Shown here: piece by piece, positions 9,854 through 20,432 of the stretch | Layout of the letters: each line of letters begins with the position of its first letter | Position numbering within the stretch: position 1 is the stretch's first letter | Origin: Patescibacteria group bacterium | GTDB taxonomy: Bacteria > Patescibacteriota > Patescibacteriia > Veblenbacterales > UBA10138 | Assembly (NCBI GenBank): GCA_041645215.1 | Contig: JBAZQK010000007.1 | Location: forward strand, 8,976 to 72,975 | Reading direction: 5' to 3' | DNA length: 64,000 nt | Made by a program: the position numbers and the translations under genes | The notes under the pieces: model-generated | Databases searched by the model: none | Told to the model about the DNA's origin: nothing | The model's input: the letters and a program-made list of their open reading frames with translations, nothing else

Positions 9854-9987
9854 GGGTTTAATCAATTTTACTAATTCGTGATTCGCTAATCGTTCTTCGC
9901 TACTCGTATTTAATATACGAACCCGCGAGTTGCGAAGCCACGATAAACGATTATTAATTATTAAATTAAAATTCAATAAAAATTTAA

Positions 9988-10098
9988 AATTGCCTGCCCG
10001 CCGCTCGCCTCATTCAATTAACTGATTGCTATAAAATTATAGTACTAATATTTATAGTTAGAGTTTATCCAAAACATAAGCTTTGGCAGGCGGGTAAA
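9988..10098 (+). repeat. Z-family repeat copy
   Basis: It runs from cctgcccgccgctcgcc to tttatagttagagtttatcc...ctttggcaggcggg, tandem to the 9671-9853 copy in the murG-murC spacer. Confidence 0.55.
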
Positions 10099-10105
10099 TT
10101 AAAAA

Positions 10106-11176
10106 TTACCTTGCTTTATTCCGTTGTAATAAACCAATTATCTGCGCAACTATTTTTTCAGCGGCGTCATTATTCAGCAATTTGTGTAAATTGCTTCCAA
10201 GTGTAACCGCCGCCTCTGACAACAAAAGCTGTCTTAGAGTATCAACAAACATCTCAGCCGTCAAGCTATTTTGCGGCAAAACCGCCGCCGCCTGGTTCTG
10301 TTTGAGCCAAGCCGCGTTGTCCTCCTGATGCGTATCGGGAATTGGTATTACGATAGTTGGTTTACTGGCGGCCGCCAACTCACTAATGGCTCCCATACCG
10401 CCCCGGGTGACTGCCAAATCAGACGCCGCGATTAAGGTTATCATATCATTTGACAACGGAACTGATAAATAATTTTCCCGCTCTCTCTCCTCGCCTTTAT
10501 GCAAACCGGTCAGATGAATAACTTGGCTGAATTCGGTTAACTGTTTGATGGTGCGCGAAATCAAGCCGTTGATATAAACGGCGCCGGTGCCGCCGCCCAT
10601 TATCAATAAAGTCGGCCAATCAGGCTTAAGACCAAGTTTAATTCGCGCCGCGGCCTGATTGGGTAGGTCGGCAAAACCTGGCCGCACCGGATTGCCGGTT
10701 AATACCGTTTTGCGCGCGGGAAAATTAGCAACCGCTATCGGCCAGGCGACAGTTATTAAATTGGCTGCCGGCGTCAGCAACTTATTGGCTAAACCGGACC
10801 GAACATCAGCTTGATGGATAAGTTGCGGAACACGATAACACCAGGCGGCCCAACCAACCGGCACGGCCACAAAGCCGCCGGCTGACATTACAAAATCCGG
10901 GCGCTTAAGGCCAAACCGCCAGAGCGCCGCAAAAAATCCCCGCCCAATTGAAAACAAATCAGTCAGATTGCGCCAACTCCAATAACGGCGGAACTTTCCG
11001 GCCGGAATGGCGACAAACTTCCAACCCTTGAACTTGATAAGATTTTTTTCCGGACCAGCTTTAGTCCCCCACCATTCAATCCGCAAAGACGGCTCTGATT
11101 TTTGCCATACTTCAGCCACGGCAATCAGGGGTGTAACCGAACCGAGCGTACCGCCGCCCACACAAACCAGCTTCAT
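10106..11176 (-). CDS. murG: UDP-GlcNAc:undecaprenyl-PP-MurNAc-pentapeptide GlcNAc transferase
   Basis: GT28 motifs 'GGGTLGSVTP' and 'GGMGAISE' are present, in dcw-cluster context. Confidence 0.9.
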   Translation of the reverse strand: MKLVCVGGGTLGSVTPLIAVAEVWQKSEPSLRIEWWGTKAGPEKNLIKFKGWKFVAIPAGKFRRYWSWRNLTDLFSIGRGFFAALWRFGLKRPDFVMSAGGFVAVPVGWAAWCYRVPQLIHQADVRSGLANKLLTPAANLITVAWPIAVANFPARKTVLTGNPVRPGFADLPNQAAARIKLGLKPDWPTLLIMGGGTGAVYINGLISRTIKQLTEFSQVIHLTGLHKGEERERENYLSVPLSNDMITLIAASDLAVTRGGMGAISELAAASKPTIVIPIPDTHQEDNAAWLKQNQAAAVLPQNSLTAEMFVDTLRQLLLSEAAVTLGSNLHKLLNNDAAEKIVAQIIGLLQRNKAR

Positions 11177-12315
11177 AATTTTTTATGGTTTAATTTACCA
11201 GACCGCGAAATATTGGTTAAAATTCCAATCGCCGCCAAAGCGGTCATTAGGGCGGTGCCGCCGGCTGACACCAGCGGCAAAGGCACGCCGGTCAAAGGCA
11301 GAATATTCAGCATTGACGCCATATTAATACCAGTTTGCCAGGCTAACCACGACAATATTCCCACTGCCAAGTAGCGCCCAAAATCATCCGACGCGAAACG
11401 AGCAATTTTAAAACCGCGCCAAAAAAACATAATCAAGATGGTAATAAAAATAGTGGTAAACACAAATCCCAACTCCTCGGAAATTACCGCAAAAATCGAA
11501 TCGCCCGTCACCTCTGGTAAATATTGATACTTTTGCCGCGAATAACCCAGGCCCACCCCAAAAATTCCGCCGGAACCAACCGCCAGTAAGGCTTGATTAA
11601 TGTGATAACCAATTCCCTGCGGATCCAGACTTGGCTGCAAAAATACCGCCAGCCGCCGCGCCCGGTAGCCAACCTTTGTTATAACCAGCCATAAAGCCGA
11701 CATCCCCAGCGCCCCTAACAAACCCAAATGAATCCAGTTGGCGCCGGCCACAAAAAAAGTCATTACCGCGCTCACGCCGATTACCGACGCCGTACCCAAA
11801 TCATTTTGCGCCAGCATTAAAGCCAGTACCGCCCCCAGCACCAAAACAAACGGCAGTAACCCTTTTTTAAAATCTTTTATATTATCAGCCCCCTTGCCAT
11901 CAAGCCACGAGGCCAAATAAATCAAAAATGTCAGCTTAACCAATTCGCTCGGCTGAAACGAAAAGGCTCCCAAATGAATCCAGCGCGTGGCGCCGCCGTA
12001 CTCAAAGCCGAGTCCGGGAATAAACACCGCCAGCAGTAAACCAACCGAACCAAGCAGCGCCGGCAAGGCTAATTTTTTTAAATTCTGATAATTCCAGCGG
12101 CTAAAAAAAGAAAACGCCGCCAAGCCTGGCAACAAACCGTACAGCAACTGACGTTTTAAATAATAGTAGCTGTCGCCAAATTTTTGATAACCTACAACTG
12201 AACTAGCGGAGGTTAAAAATACCAAGCCTAACACCACCAATACTCCCGCCAGCGACAACCAAACATAATCCGGCGGTGAAGTTTTTTTATTTAAACTGGC
12301 TCCTGTTAAATTCAT
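11173..12315 (-). CDS. ftsW: SEDS-family peptidoglycan polymerase FtsW/RodA
   Basis: Polytopic membrane protein with a C-terminal 'PLPLVSAGGTAL' motif, located between murG and murD. Confidence 0.88.
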   Translation of the reverse strand: MNLTGASLNKKTSPPDYVWLSLAGVLVVLGLVFLTSASSVVGYQKFGDSYYYLKRQLLYGLLPGLAAFSFFSRWNYQNLKKLALPALLGSVGLLLAVFIPGLGFEYGGATRWIHLGAFSFQPSELVKLTFLIYLASWLDGKGADNIKDFKKGLLPFVLVLGAVLALMLAQNDLGTASVIGVSAVMTFFVAGANWIHLGLLGALGMSALWLVITKVGYRARRLAVFLQPSLDPQGIGYHINQALLAVGSGGIFGVGLGYSRQKYQYLPEVTGDSIFAVISEELGFVFTTIFITILIMFFWRGFKIARFASDDFGRYLAVGILSWLAWQTGINMASMLNILPLTGVPLPLVSAGGTALMTALAAIGILTNISRSGKLNHKKL

Positions 12316-12320
12316 AGCGA

Positions 12321-13703
12321 TTATTTAAGGGCTTTAATTAATTTAACAAATTGCTCTCCCCGATCAAATTCATGCTTAAACAAACCAAAACTGGCCGCCC
12401 CGGGCGACAATAACACGGTGCCGCCCGGCGGACTGATAAGCCGGGCAAACTTTACCGCCGCCGCCATCGTGCGCGCCAAAAAAATTGATTTATAGCCGCG
12501 TAAGGCGGCCTGCAATTTAACAGTCGCGGTTCCCGGCAGCAATATTAAACCGACTTCGGATTTTTTTATAGCCGCGGCCATCTTGCCGTAATCAAGTTTT
12601 TTATCAGCCCCGCCGGCAATCAAGGTTATGTTTTGTCCCGCCAGCGCCGCCAGCGCCGCTTGGGTCGCCGCCGGCGCCGTCGCCGTGGTGTCGTTATAAA
12701 ATTTAACGCCCCGCCACTCGCGCACCAGTTCCAGGCGGTCGCGCAAACCGGCAAAATTCTTAACGCCTTGTCTAATTCGGCTAACCGGCACACCCGCGAC
12801 ATAAGCCGTTAAAGCGGCCGCCAACGCATTGGCTAAATTATGCTGTCCTAACATTTTAAGGTCCGACAATCTGAACAACACTTGGGGCGACTCGGCGCCC
12901 TTAACTAAAATGTCAGGGCCGTCAACATAGACGCCGCGTTCCACCGGATTGAAAACGGAAAACCAGTGCACCAAACCGCGGGCGGCCATGGCCATTTGCC
13001 GCGTTATTAAATTGTCGTAGTTCAAAATCAGCTGGTCACCCGGGTCTTGCCAGCGAAAAATCTGCGCTTTGGCTTGCGTATAATTAAGAAACGAACGATA
13101 GCGATTAAGATGGTCTGGCAAAACATTGGTAATCACCGCTAGGGGAATCCGCAGTTTATGCCGGCCGACTAATTCCAACTGCCAGCTGGACAACTCCAAA
13201 ACCACTGGCGTAGTTGGCTTAATTTTATCCAAAACACTGAACATGGCAACGTCGCGAATGTTTCCGGCCACTACTGCATTAGGCTGCCATAATTTGATAA
13301 TTGCGCCCAACAAACTGGTAGTGGTGGATTTACCCTTGCTGCCGGTAATCGCGATTAATTTAGTGCTGGGACATAGTTTTAAAAACAAGCTCGCCTCGTT
13401 TTCAATATTAATTTTTTTTTGCCGCGCCGCCTGCAAAATCGATAAATTGGCCGGCACGCCCGGATTTTGCACAATCATTTGACAGCCGTCTAACAGCGCC
13501 AGTGGGTGTGAACCCAAAACCAAGCGGTATTTTTTAGCGCCGAGTTGACGCAGGCTGTTGACTAATTCGGCCCGGCTTTTGAGATCGCTAATGGTTAGCT
13601 GGGCGCCTTGTTGGAGTAACCACCGCGCCACCGCCACGCCACCGCCGTGCACCCCTAAGCCCAATAGCAAAACTGGTAAATTTTTAAAATTTATCTCTAC
13701 CAT
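12321..13703 (-). CDS. murD: UDP-N-acetylmuramoylalanine--D-glutamate ligase. The track start is 13742; the likely start is Met14.
   Basis: 'GLGVHGGG' and 'ITGSKGKSTTTSLL' are present, with a Mur ligase C-terminal domain. Confidence 0.88.
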   Translation of the reverse strand: MVEINFKNLPVLLLGLGVHGGGVAVARWLLQQGAQLTISDLKSRAELVNSLRQLGAKKYRLVLGSHPLALLDGCQMIVQNPGVPANLSILQAARQKKINIENEASLFLKLCPSTKLIAITGSKGKSTTTSLLGAIIKLWQPNAVVAGNIRDVAMFSVLDKIKPTTPVVLELSSWQLELVGRHKLRIPLAVITNVLPDHLNRYRSFLNYTQAKAQIFRWQDPGDQLILNYDNLITRQMAMAARGLVHWFSVFNPVERGVYVDGPDILVKGAESPQVLFRLSDLKMLGQHNLANALAAALTAYVAGVPVSRIRQGVKNFAGLRDRLELVREWRGVKFYNDTTATAPAATQAALAALAGQNITLIAGGADKKLDYGKMAAAIKKSEVGLILLPGTATVKLQAALRGYKSIFLARTMAAAVKFARLISPPGGTVLLSPGAASFGLFKHEFDRGEQFVKLIKALK

Positions 13704-13710
13704 GGAAGCC

Positions 13711-14757
13711 TTAGTTAAAACCCTTATCCAATAAAGCCACAATTACACCGATCACTGCCGTAACCCCTGAAATCACCCAAAACCGCATCACAATTTTCGG
13801 TTCTGACCAGCCAATCGCCTCCAAATGATGATGGAGCGGAGCTGATAAAAAAACTTTACGCCCGCGCAATTTTTTTGACAAAACCTGTATTATAACTGAT
13901 AGCGATTCAACCACCAACAACCAACCGATAATCGGCAACAATAAAGCGCTATTGGTCAGCATCGCCACGATTCCCAACGTTACCCCCAGCGACATCGCGC
14001 CGGTGTCACCCATAAAGAATCGGGCCGGATTAATATTGAACCACAAAAACGCCAGCAAACTTCCGACAATAACCCCGCAAAAAGTAGCCAGATCATATTT
14101 GCCCTGCAAAAACGCAATCGCGCCAAAGGCGCCAAAGGCCGCCAGCAGCGTACCGCCGGCCAAACCGTCCAAACCGTCAGTCTCGTTGACCGAGAAAGCG
14201 GTCGCCACGATAATAAAAATAAAAACCGGGATATACCACCAACCAATGTCAAAATTTCCCACGAACGGAATATGAATAATGCTCCAGTTAAGTATTGACG
14301 GCGAATAAAACCACCAGGCGCCGACCACAGCAATAGCGGTGTAAATCAACAAGCGATGGTAAATATTCAAACCGCCGCCGCCGAAGATGCCTTTGCCTTT
14401 GACATCCAACCAGTCGTCAAACAAGCCAACAATGGCTGAGGCTACCAGCGCGCCCAACGGCAACACGGTTTCAGCGCGCGATAAAAAATTAAAATGAATA
14501 ACCCCAATCAAATCCAGATAAAAAAATAGCAACGACAAAACCAGCGTCGTCACCCACACCAACAGCCCGCCCATAGTCGGCGTGCCGGCCTTGGCTTGGT
14601 GCAACGCCGACATTATCGGCGCGCTGTCGGCGGCGCGAATTTTTTTGCCAAGTTGATATTTATATAAAAAATTAGTCAACAACGGCGTCCACAGCAAAGC
14701 CACCACAAATGAAACCGCCGTCAACAATAATATTTCTAAAGCCGCCAGGTTATTCAT
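13711..14757 (-). CDS. mraY: Phospho-N-acetylmuramoyl-pentapeptide transferase
   Basis: 'NETDGLDGLAGG', 'DDWLDVKG' and 'HHHLE' motifs are present. Confidence 0.93.
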   Translation of the reverse strand: MNNLAALEILLLTAVSFVVALLWTPLLTNFLYKYQLGKKIRAADSAPIMSALHQAKAGTPTMGGLLVWVTTLVLSLLFFYLDLIGVIHFNFLSRAETVLPLGALVASAIVGLFDDWLDVKGKGIFGGGGLNIYHRLLIYTAIAVVGAWWFYSPSILNWSIIHIPFVGNFDIGWWYIPVFIFIIVATAFSVNETDGLDGLAGGTLLAAFGAFGAIAFLQGKYDLATFCGVIVGSLLAFLWFNINPARFFMGDTGAMSLGVTLGIVAMLTNSALLLPIIGWLLVVESLSVIIQVLSKKLRGRKVFLSAPLHHHLEAIGWSEPKIVMRFWVISGVTAVIGVIVALLDKGFN

Positions 14758-14760
14758 AAT

Positions 14761-15144
14761 TTAACTATTAAGCCAAAATAATAAAACCGTCTGCCCTAAA
14801 AACCCCAAACTAATAAGACAACTTAACCACAGCCAGACTTGTTTTAGTATAAGTGTTCGGCGTCCGACTGAATAAGCCAGCGCCACATTAATCAAGGCAA
14901 AACCGGTGGCGGTCAGCGGTAATAATATTAACGACAAATTATTTTCCACCCAGTTCGGCCCCAAGGCCACCGAATAACGTATAACACTGAAGTTATCGCG
15001 GCTTGGCCAATTATAAAGTACTAGCCACCAATTAGCCGCCAAAATAATGATATTTAAACCAATAGCGCCAGTAATGCCGGGTTGCCGCCAAAAGGCTCGC
15101 CAGGTTTCACGACGCCATTGCCAAAAATAATTAAATGACCACAT
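14761..15144 (-). CDS. Small membrane protein, hypothetical
   Basis: The 127-aa product has 3-4 predicted TM segments and is tightly linked downstream of mraY's start. Confidence 0.45.
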   Translation of the reverse strand: MWSFNYFWQWRRETWRAFWRQPGITGAIGLNIIILAANWWLVLYNWPSRDNFSVIRYSVALGPNWVENNLSLILLPLTATGFALINVALAYSVGRRTLILKQVWLWLSCLISLGFLGQTVLLFWLNS

Positions 15145-15280
15145 AAACTATATTAATTGTAGTTGAAAGGGGGGGGTTTAGGCAAACTAAATAGTCTAAT
15201 TAAATTGTTAAACCGGACAATCTTTGATATACTCAAGTCAAGCTGGGCGCCAAATTAAAATGGCTCGGCCAAGTGAAACT

Positions 15281-15460
15281 CCATCCTCCTTGGCGGATAG
15301 CATCTTCATGTTCTGCGGCGCCCGTCCTCCGTCCTCCCAAGGAGGACTACGGAGGATGGAGAACCCGTTAAAGCCTATCCTCCTTGCCTACTGAAACCAT
15401 AGTCCCGATGTACAAAAAGGACGAGGGCCGGGCGTTCACCTTCTTGAGGACGGTAGCAGG
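15281..15460. repeat. P-family palindromic repeat element (core GTCCTCC-N-GGAGGAC)
   Basis: Core gtcctcccaaggaggac at 15331-15347. It shares 25 nt (cggcgcccgtcctccgtcctcc) with 53210-53235. The 21-mer gtcccgatgtacaaaaaggac is the reverse complement of 20484-20504. Confidence 0.65.
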
Positions 15461-15490
15461 TAAAACAACTGATATTATAATGGACCGGTT

Positions 15491-17224
15491 ATGCTAAACC
15501 AGGATTATGTAACCAAAATAGCTTTAGACAACAAAATAATCAGTCCGGTTGATCTAAAAAAAATAAAGGCTGAACTCAAAAGCGGTGATTTGAATCTGGA
15601 AGATTATTTGATAAAAGAGCGCTTAACGACGGATGAGGCGCTGTACATGTTGCTGGCCAAACGGTTTGATTTGCCGTTTGTTGATCTTAAAAATGTCACA
15701 ATCCGCAAAGACATCCTGCTGGCAATACCGGAGCCGATTGCCCAAACCCACCAAATTGTGGCTTTTGATAAAGATGACAAGTCAATCAAAATTGCCACCA
15801 CTGATCCGGATGATTTGCAGACTTTTGAATTTATTGAAAAAAAATTTGGCCTGAAGGCGGAAATTCACCTTACCAGCCCAACTGCCATCCGCGAGGTTCT
15901 TAAACAATACCATAAAAGTTTAAGAGCTGAATTCGCCGAAATAACCAAAGATGATAAAACCGCCGATCCGGCCCGCGCCGGCAATGATTTGCAAAAATTA
16001 GCAGAGGATTTGCCGATTGTCCGAATTGTCGACACCCTGCTGGAATACGCCATATTTGAACGCGCTTCCGATATCCACATTGAACCAACCGAAGCCGAGG
16101 TTATTGTCCGCTATCGGGTTGACGGCGTGCTGCGCGACGTGATGACTCTCCCCAAAGCCGTACAACCCGGTTTAACCGCCCGCATTAAAATTTTGTCTAA
16201 TTTAAAACTGGACGAACATCGCCTCCCCCAGGACGGTCGTTTTAAAATTAAAACTAAGGAGTACGAATTTTCTTTCCGGGTATCAATTATCCCGGTGTTT
16301 GATGGTGAAAAAATCGTTATGCGCCTGTTGCAGGAATCAGGCCAAGTTCTAACCCTGGAACAACTAGGTTTTCAAAAAAGTGTTTTGCTTAAAGTCAAAC
16401 GCAACATTAGTAAACCGCACGGCATGATTTTGGTTACCGGTCCCACCGGCAGCGGTAAAACCACTACACTCTACTCCGTTCTGAATGTGCTCAACACGCC
16501 CGAGGTTAATATTTCAACGGTGGAAGATCCAATAGAATACCGCATGCCGCGTATTAACCAAAGCCAGGTTTCACCGCGCACCGGCTTTACTTTTGCCGCC
16601 GGCTTGCGCGCCTTGTTGCGGCAAGACCCCAATATTATTATGGTCGGTGAAATTCGCGACATGGAAACAGCCGAAATTGCCATCCACGCCGCCATGACCG
16701 GTCATTTGGTGTTATCTACCCTGCACACTAACGACGCGGTTGGGACCTTGCCGCGCCTGTTGGATATGGGGGTAGCGCCATTCTTGGTGTCATCAACCGT
16801 CAACGTTATTGTCGGCCAGCGTTTAGTGCGCAAAATCTGCCAAAATTGCATTGTTTCCTACAAACTGACTGGTAAAAATATTGAGGACATTGACAGCCAA
16901 CTCAACCTAAAAGAATTAATGGCTGATTTAGCGAAAGAAGGCGCGGTCGCCTCGATTAACCAAAAAATTGAGAGTATGTTATTTTACCGCGGCAAAGGCT
17001 GTAAGCAATGTAATCAGGAAGGGTATCGCGGACGAATCGGCATTTATGAAATTTTTGAAGTTGACCCGGAAGTGGCTAATTTAATTTTAAACCGCGCGCC
17101 CTCGCAAGAGCTGTTCAAGGCGGCTCGCAAACAAGGTATGATAACCATGTTTGAAGACGGCTTTATCAAGGCTAAAGCCGGCATTACCACCATTGAGGAA
17201 GTGCTGCGGGTAACGCGTGAATAA
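15491..17224 (+). CDS. pilB: Type IV pilus assembly ATPase PilB / GspE family
   Basis: An N-terminal GSPII-like domain is present. Walker A 'VTGPTGSGKTTTL', 'DPIEY', and a tetracysteine 'CQNC...CKQC' are present. Confidence 0.93.
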   Translation: MLNQDYVTKIALDNKIISPVDLKKIKAELKSGDLNLEDYLIKERLTTDEALYMLLAKRFDLPFVDLKNVTIRKDILLAIPEPIAQTHQIVAFDKDDKSIKIATTDPDDLQTFEFIEKKFGLKAEIHLTSPTAIREVLKQYHKSLRAEFAEITKDDKTADPARAGNDLQKLAEDLPIVRIVDTLLEYAIFERASDIHIEPTEAEVIVRYRVDGVLRDVMTLPKAVQPGLTARIKILSNLKLDEHRLPQDGRFKIKTKEYEFSFRVSIIPVFDGEKIVMRLLQESGQVLTLEQLGFQKSVLLKVKRNISKPHGMILVTGPTGSGKTTTLYSVLNVLNTPEVNISTVEDPIEYRMPRINQSQVSPRTGFTFAAGLRALLRQDPNIIMVGEIRDMETAEIAIHAAMTGHLVLSTLHTNDAVGTLPRLLDMGVAPFLVSSTVNVIVGQRLVRKICQNCIVSYKLTGKNIEDIDSQLNLKELMADLAKEGAVASINQKIESMLFYRGKGCKQCNQEGYRGRIGIYEIFEVDPEVANLILNRAPSQELFKAARKQGMITMFEDGFIKAKAGITTIEEVLRVTRE

Positions 17225-18437
17225 TATGAAGTTCAAATACACGGCCCGCTCAACGGCGGGCGAAACCGCGCACGGCCAAATGGAGGCCGAATCGGAGATT
17301 GAGCTTAAAAATATGCTGGCGGAGCAAAATTTGAGTTTAGAGGATGTTGCCACCGTAACGGAACCGGTAATCAGGCAACAAGTTAAGTACGGTCTGTTCC
17401 AAAAAATATCAGTTGTTGATAAAATATTTTTTGCCCAAAACTTGCAAGTTATGATTCGGGCCGGTTTACCGATGGCCGCCGCCCTTAAAACCTTAATTGA
17501 CCAAACCGAAAATAAATTGCTTAAAAAAATTCTGAACGACATTAACGACCACGTGGTACGCGGCATAACATTATCAGACGCCTTAGCTCGCCATCCTAAA
17601 GTTTTTTCCGAACTTTTTGTCAATATGATCAGAGCCGGTGAAAAAAGCGGCAAACTGGAAGAAGTGCTCGGCCAAGTAACTGTCCAACTGCGCAAAAACC
17701 ACGCTTTAATCGCCAAAGTACGCGGGGCGCTAACCTACCCCATTATCGTTATTATCGCCATGATTGGCATTGGTATTGGTATGATCGTATTTGTAATCCC
17801 TAAAATAACCGACATTTTTTCCGAGGTAAACGCGACCTTGCCCTTGCCCACCAGAATTTTAATCGGACTAAGCAATTTTATCATCAATAATGGTCTGCTG
17901 GTAACGCTGGGAGTGATTATTTTAATCTGGCTATTTATGCGCTTTATTAAATCAAAGCGCGGACGTCATTTGTGGCATCGTCTCCTGCTTAAACTGCCGG
18001 TTTTAAATTCAATTTTAAAAAAAATTAATTTAGCCAGCTTTTGCCGAACCTTTTCGTCGCTTATTAAAACTGACATTCCAATTGTCCAAGCTTTCAAAAT
18101 TACGGCTTCCACTATTAACAATGTCATTTATCGTGAAGCTATTGACAATATGGGCGACCAGGTCCGCCAGGGCGTGCAAATTGCCTCCATCCTGCCCCAA
18201 TACCCGATGTTGTTTCCGCCGCTGGTTGTGCAAATGATAACAGTCGGCGAGAACACCGGCTCACTGGATAAGTTGTTGGAGGAATTAGCCGGTTTTTATG
18301 AGGAGGAAGTTGACCAAACCATGTCCACTTTATCAACTATCATTGAACCTTTATTAATGATTATCCTGGGTATTGGTGTCGGCAGTATGGCGGTTGCCAT
18401 TATTCTGCCGCTCTACTCGTTAACGCAAAGCATCTAA
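17217..18437 (+). CDS. pilC: Type IV pilus inner-membrane platform protein PilC / GspF family
   Basis: Duplicated GspF domains ('MIRAGEKSG', 'MITVGENTG'), with a start overlapping pilB. Confidence 0.9.
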   Translation: MNNMKFKYTARSTAGETAHGQMEAESEIELKNMLAEQNLSLEDVATVTEPVIRQQVKYGLFQKISVVDKIFFAQNLQVMIRAGLPMAAALKTLIDQTENKLLKKILNDINDHVVRGITLSDALARHPKVFSELFVNMIRAGEKSGKLEEVLGQVTVQLRKNHALIAKVRGALTYPIIVIIAMIGIGIGMIVFVIPKITDIFSEVNATLPLPTRILIGLSNFIINNGLLVTLGVIILIWLFMRFIKSKRGRHLWHRLLLKLPVLNSILKKINLASFCRTFSSLIKTDIPIVQAFKITASTINNVIYREAIDNMGDQVRQGVQIASILPQYPMLFPPLVVQMITVGENTGSLDKLLEELAGFYEEEVDQTMSTLSTIIEPLLMIILGIGVGSMAVAIILPLYSLTQSI

Positions 18438-18440
18438 ATA

Positions 18441-18605
18441 AGGACTTACGCGTTTGAGCCAAGTTCGAGGCAAAACCGAGCATTTGAGCGAGCCGTAGTA
18501 AAACTACGGTGAACGAAAAGCGGAGGTTTTAACGAAGAAATTGGCCAAAGCCGCTTGAGGGGTCGTCCCTGCGCCAGCCCGGCAAGCGGCAAGCGCGTAA
18601 GTCCT
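18441..18605 (+). mobile_element. X-family MITE-like element copy X1 (TIR aggacttacgcg / cgcgtaagtcct)
   Basis: A 165-bp element. Its reverse complement recurs at 26209-26371 at about 90% identity. Central hairpin ccgtagtaaaactacgg. Confidence 0.75.
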
Positions 18606-18623
18606 ATAACAAGGAGATTGATT

Positions 18624-20432
18624 ATGCGCCAAAGAGAGGCTAGACATTACCCCCCTGGGTTTACCCTGATTGAAACCTTGGTTGGGATAGCGTTATTCGC
18701 CATAATTGGCAGTGGTATTTTTGGTATTTTTACTAACCTGTCCCGTCTTAATAAAGTCGGCCAAATAAAAGCGGCCCAGGCCGCGGTGGGTAAAGAGTAT
18801 TTAGAAATCGCGCGCAACCTTAGTTATGGCGACATTGGCGTTAGTGGTGGAATTCCCAGCGGCATCTTGCCTTCACAGCAAACCGTAACGCGGGGCGTAA
18901 ACCAATTTAACCTGCGCTACACTATTCGTAACATTGATGACCCGTTTGACGGCACGATTGGCGGCTCGCCCAACGACACCTCGCCCGCTGATTATAAGCA
19001 AGTCGCGGTGGAGGTAACGTGCGTTAATTGCGGCGCCATTACCCCGCCCGCGGCGAAATTTTCCACCTATATGGCGCCCAAAAATCTGGAATCAAACACT
19101 AACAATGGCGCCCTACTTATCCAAGTTCTAAATGCCAATGGCCAACCAGTCGCCGGCGCCAACGTTCATATTGCCAACAGTCAAACTATACCTCCGGTTA
19201 ATTTGGACGACACCACTAATAATAACGGTATTTTAATTATAGTTGACGCCCCGCCCGGCAACGAATCTTATCATTTGGTCGCCAGCAAAGCCGGTTATTC
19301 CACTGACCAAACTTATTCGCCGACTGATCCGGTAGTTATAAATCCGGTCAAACTTGACGCCACGGTAATCGCCCAGCAAGTCACGCCGCTAAGCTTGGTG
19401 ATTGACAAACTAAGTAACTTAAATGTGGCCAGTATCAACAGTTCCTGCGCCGCTGTGGCAAACGTTAATTTTAATTTGGCCGGCAGTAAATTAATCGGAA
19501 CTAATCCTGATGTTTATAAATATCGGCAAGACCTGTCAACCGGCGCCACTGGTATAAAAAATTTAACCGCGATTGAGTGGGACAGTTACAATCTTACTCT
19601 TAATGATTCAACTTACGAAAGTACCGGTTTTATTCCGCTGCCGCCGATTAATTTAGCGCCTGATTCCACCCAAGACGTTAAAATCGTGGTTCGTGCCGCC
19701 ACGCCGCACAGCCTGCTGGTAATTGTCAAAGATGGCAGCACCCAACTGCCCTTGTCCGGCGCCGCGGTCCGTTTAACCAAGTCGGGTTATGACCAAACCC
19801 TGCTCACCAACCGCGGCTACTTGCGCCAAAGCAGTTGGAAAAAAGGCCCGGGCCAGGCAAACTTTACTGACCCTCAAATGTACTGGAGCGACGACGGCAA
19901 TGTGGAGGTAAGCAATCAAAATTACGGTATTATTCTAAAAAAAGTCGGCAGTAATTACGTTAGCAGTGGTTTGTTAATATCATCAACTTTTGACACCGTT
20001 AGCGCCACAAATTTTTCCACTATTGCCTGGCAACCCGGCGACCAACCTGGCGGTGTCGGCGCCGATCCTGTCAAATTCCAAATTGCGACCAATAACGATA
20101 ATGTCACTTGGAATTTTATCGGCCCGGACGGCACTGGCAACACCTACTACACCACGCCCGGAGAAACTATCAACAACCTTCATAACAATCAGCGCTACCT
20201 GCGCTATAAAATCATGTTAGCCACCGCCGATACCAGCAAAACTCCCAATGTGGCTGATATCGCCGTTACTTACATCGCAACTTGCACCCCGCCGGGCCAA
20301 ACTTTTTTTACCAGTCTATCAAGCGCTGATTATACTTTAGAGGTATCGCTGACCGGCTATCAAACATCAACCACCACGGTTGATATGACGCCAAACTGGA
20401 GTCAGACCATTGTTAATTTAATGCCATTATGA
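18624..20432 (+). CDS. Large prepilin-type (class III signal) pilin/pseudopilin, 603 aa. The ORF-track start is 18555; the real start is the ATG at 18624, preceded by SD 'aaggag'.
   Basis: The N-terminus 'MRQREARHYPPG|FTLIETLVGIALFAII' is a prepilin peptidase cleavage motif. A perfect SD lies 8 nt upstream. Confidence 0.8.
   Translation: MRQREARHYPPGFTLIETLVGIALFAIIGSGIFGIFTNLSRLNKVGQIKAAQAAVGKEYLEIARNLSYGDIGVSGGIPSGILPSQQTVTRGVNQFNLRYTIRNIDDPFDGTIGGSPNDTSPADYKQVAVEVTCVNCGAITPPAAKFSTYMAPKNLESNTNNGALLIQVLNANGQPVAGANVHIANSQTIPPVNLDDTTNNNGILIIVDAPPGNESYHLVASKAGYSTDQTYSPTDPVVINPVKLDATVIAQQVTPLSLVIDKLSNLNVASINSSCAAVANVNFNLAGSKLIGTNPDVYKYRQDLSTGATGIKNLTAIEWDSYNLTLNDSTYESTGFIPLPPINLAPDSTQDVKIVVRAATPHSLLVIVKDGSTQLPLSGAAVRLTKSGYDQTLLTNRGYLRQSSWKKGPGQANFTDPQMYWSDDGNVEVSNQNYGIILKKVGSNYVSSGLLISSTFDTVSATNFSTIAWQPGDQPGGVGADPVKFQIATNNDNVTWNFIGPDGTGNTYYTTPGETINNLHNNQRYLRYKIMLATADTSKTPNVADIAVTYIATCTPPGQTFFTSLSSADYTLEVSLTGYQTSTTTVDMTPNWSQTIVNLMPL

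Noticed and set aside
13952-14333. ORFs of 107 aa (plus strand) and 117 aa (minus strand, alternative frame) inside mraY
   Set aside because: They are nested in the strongly supported mraY coding region. This is GC-rich frame noise.
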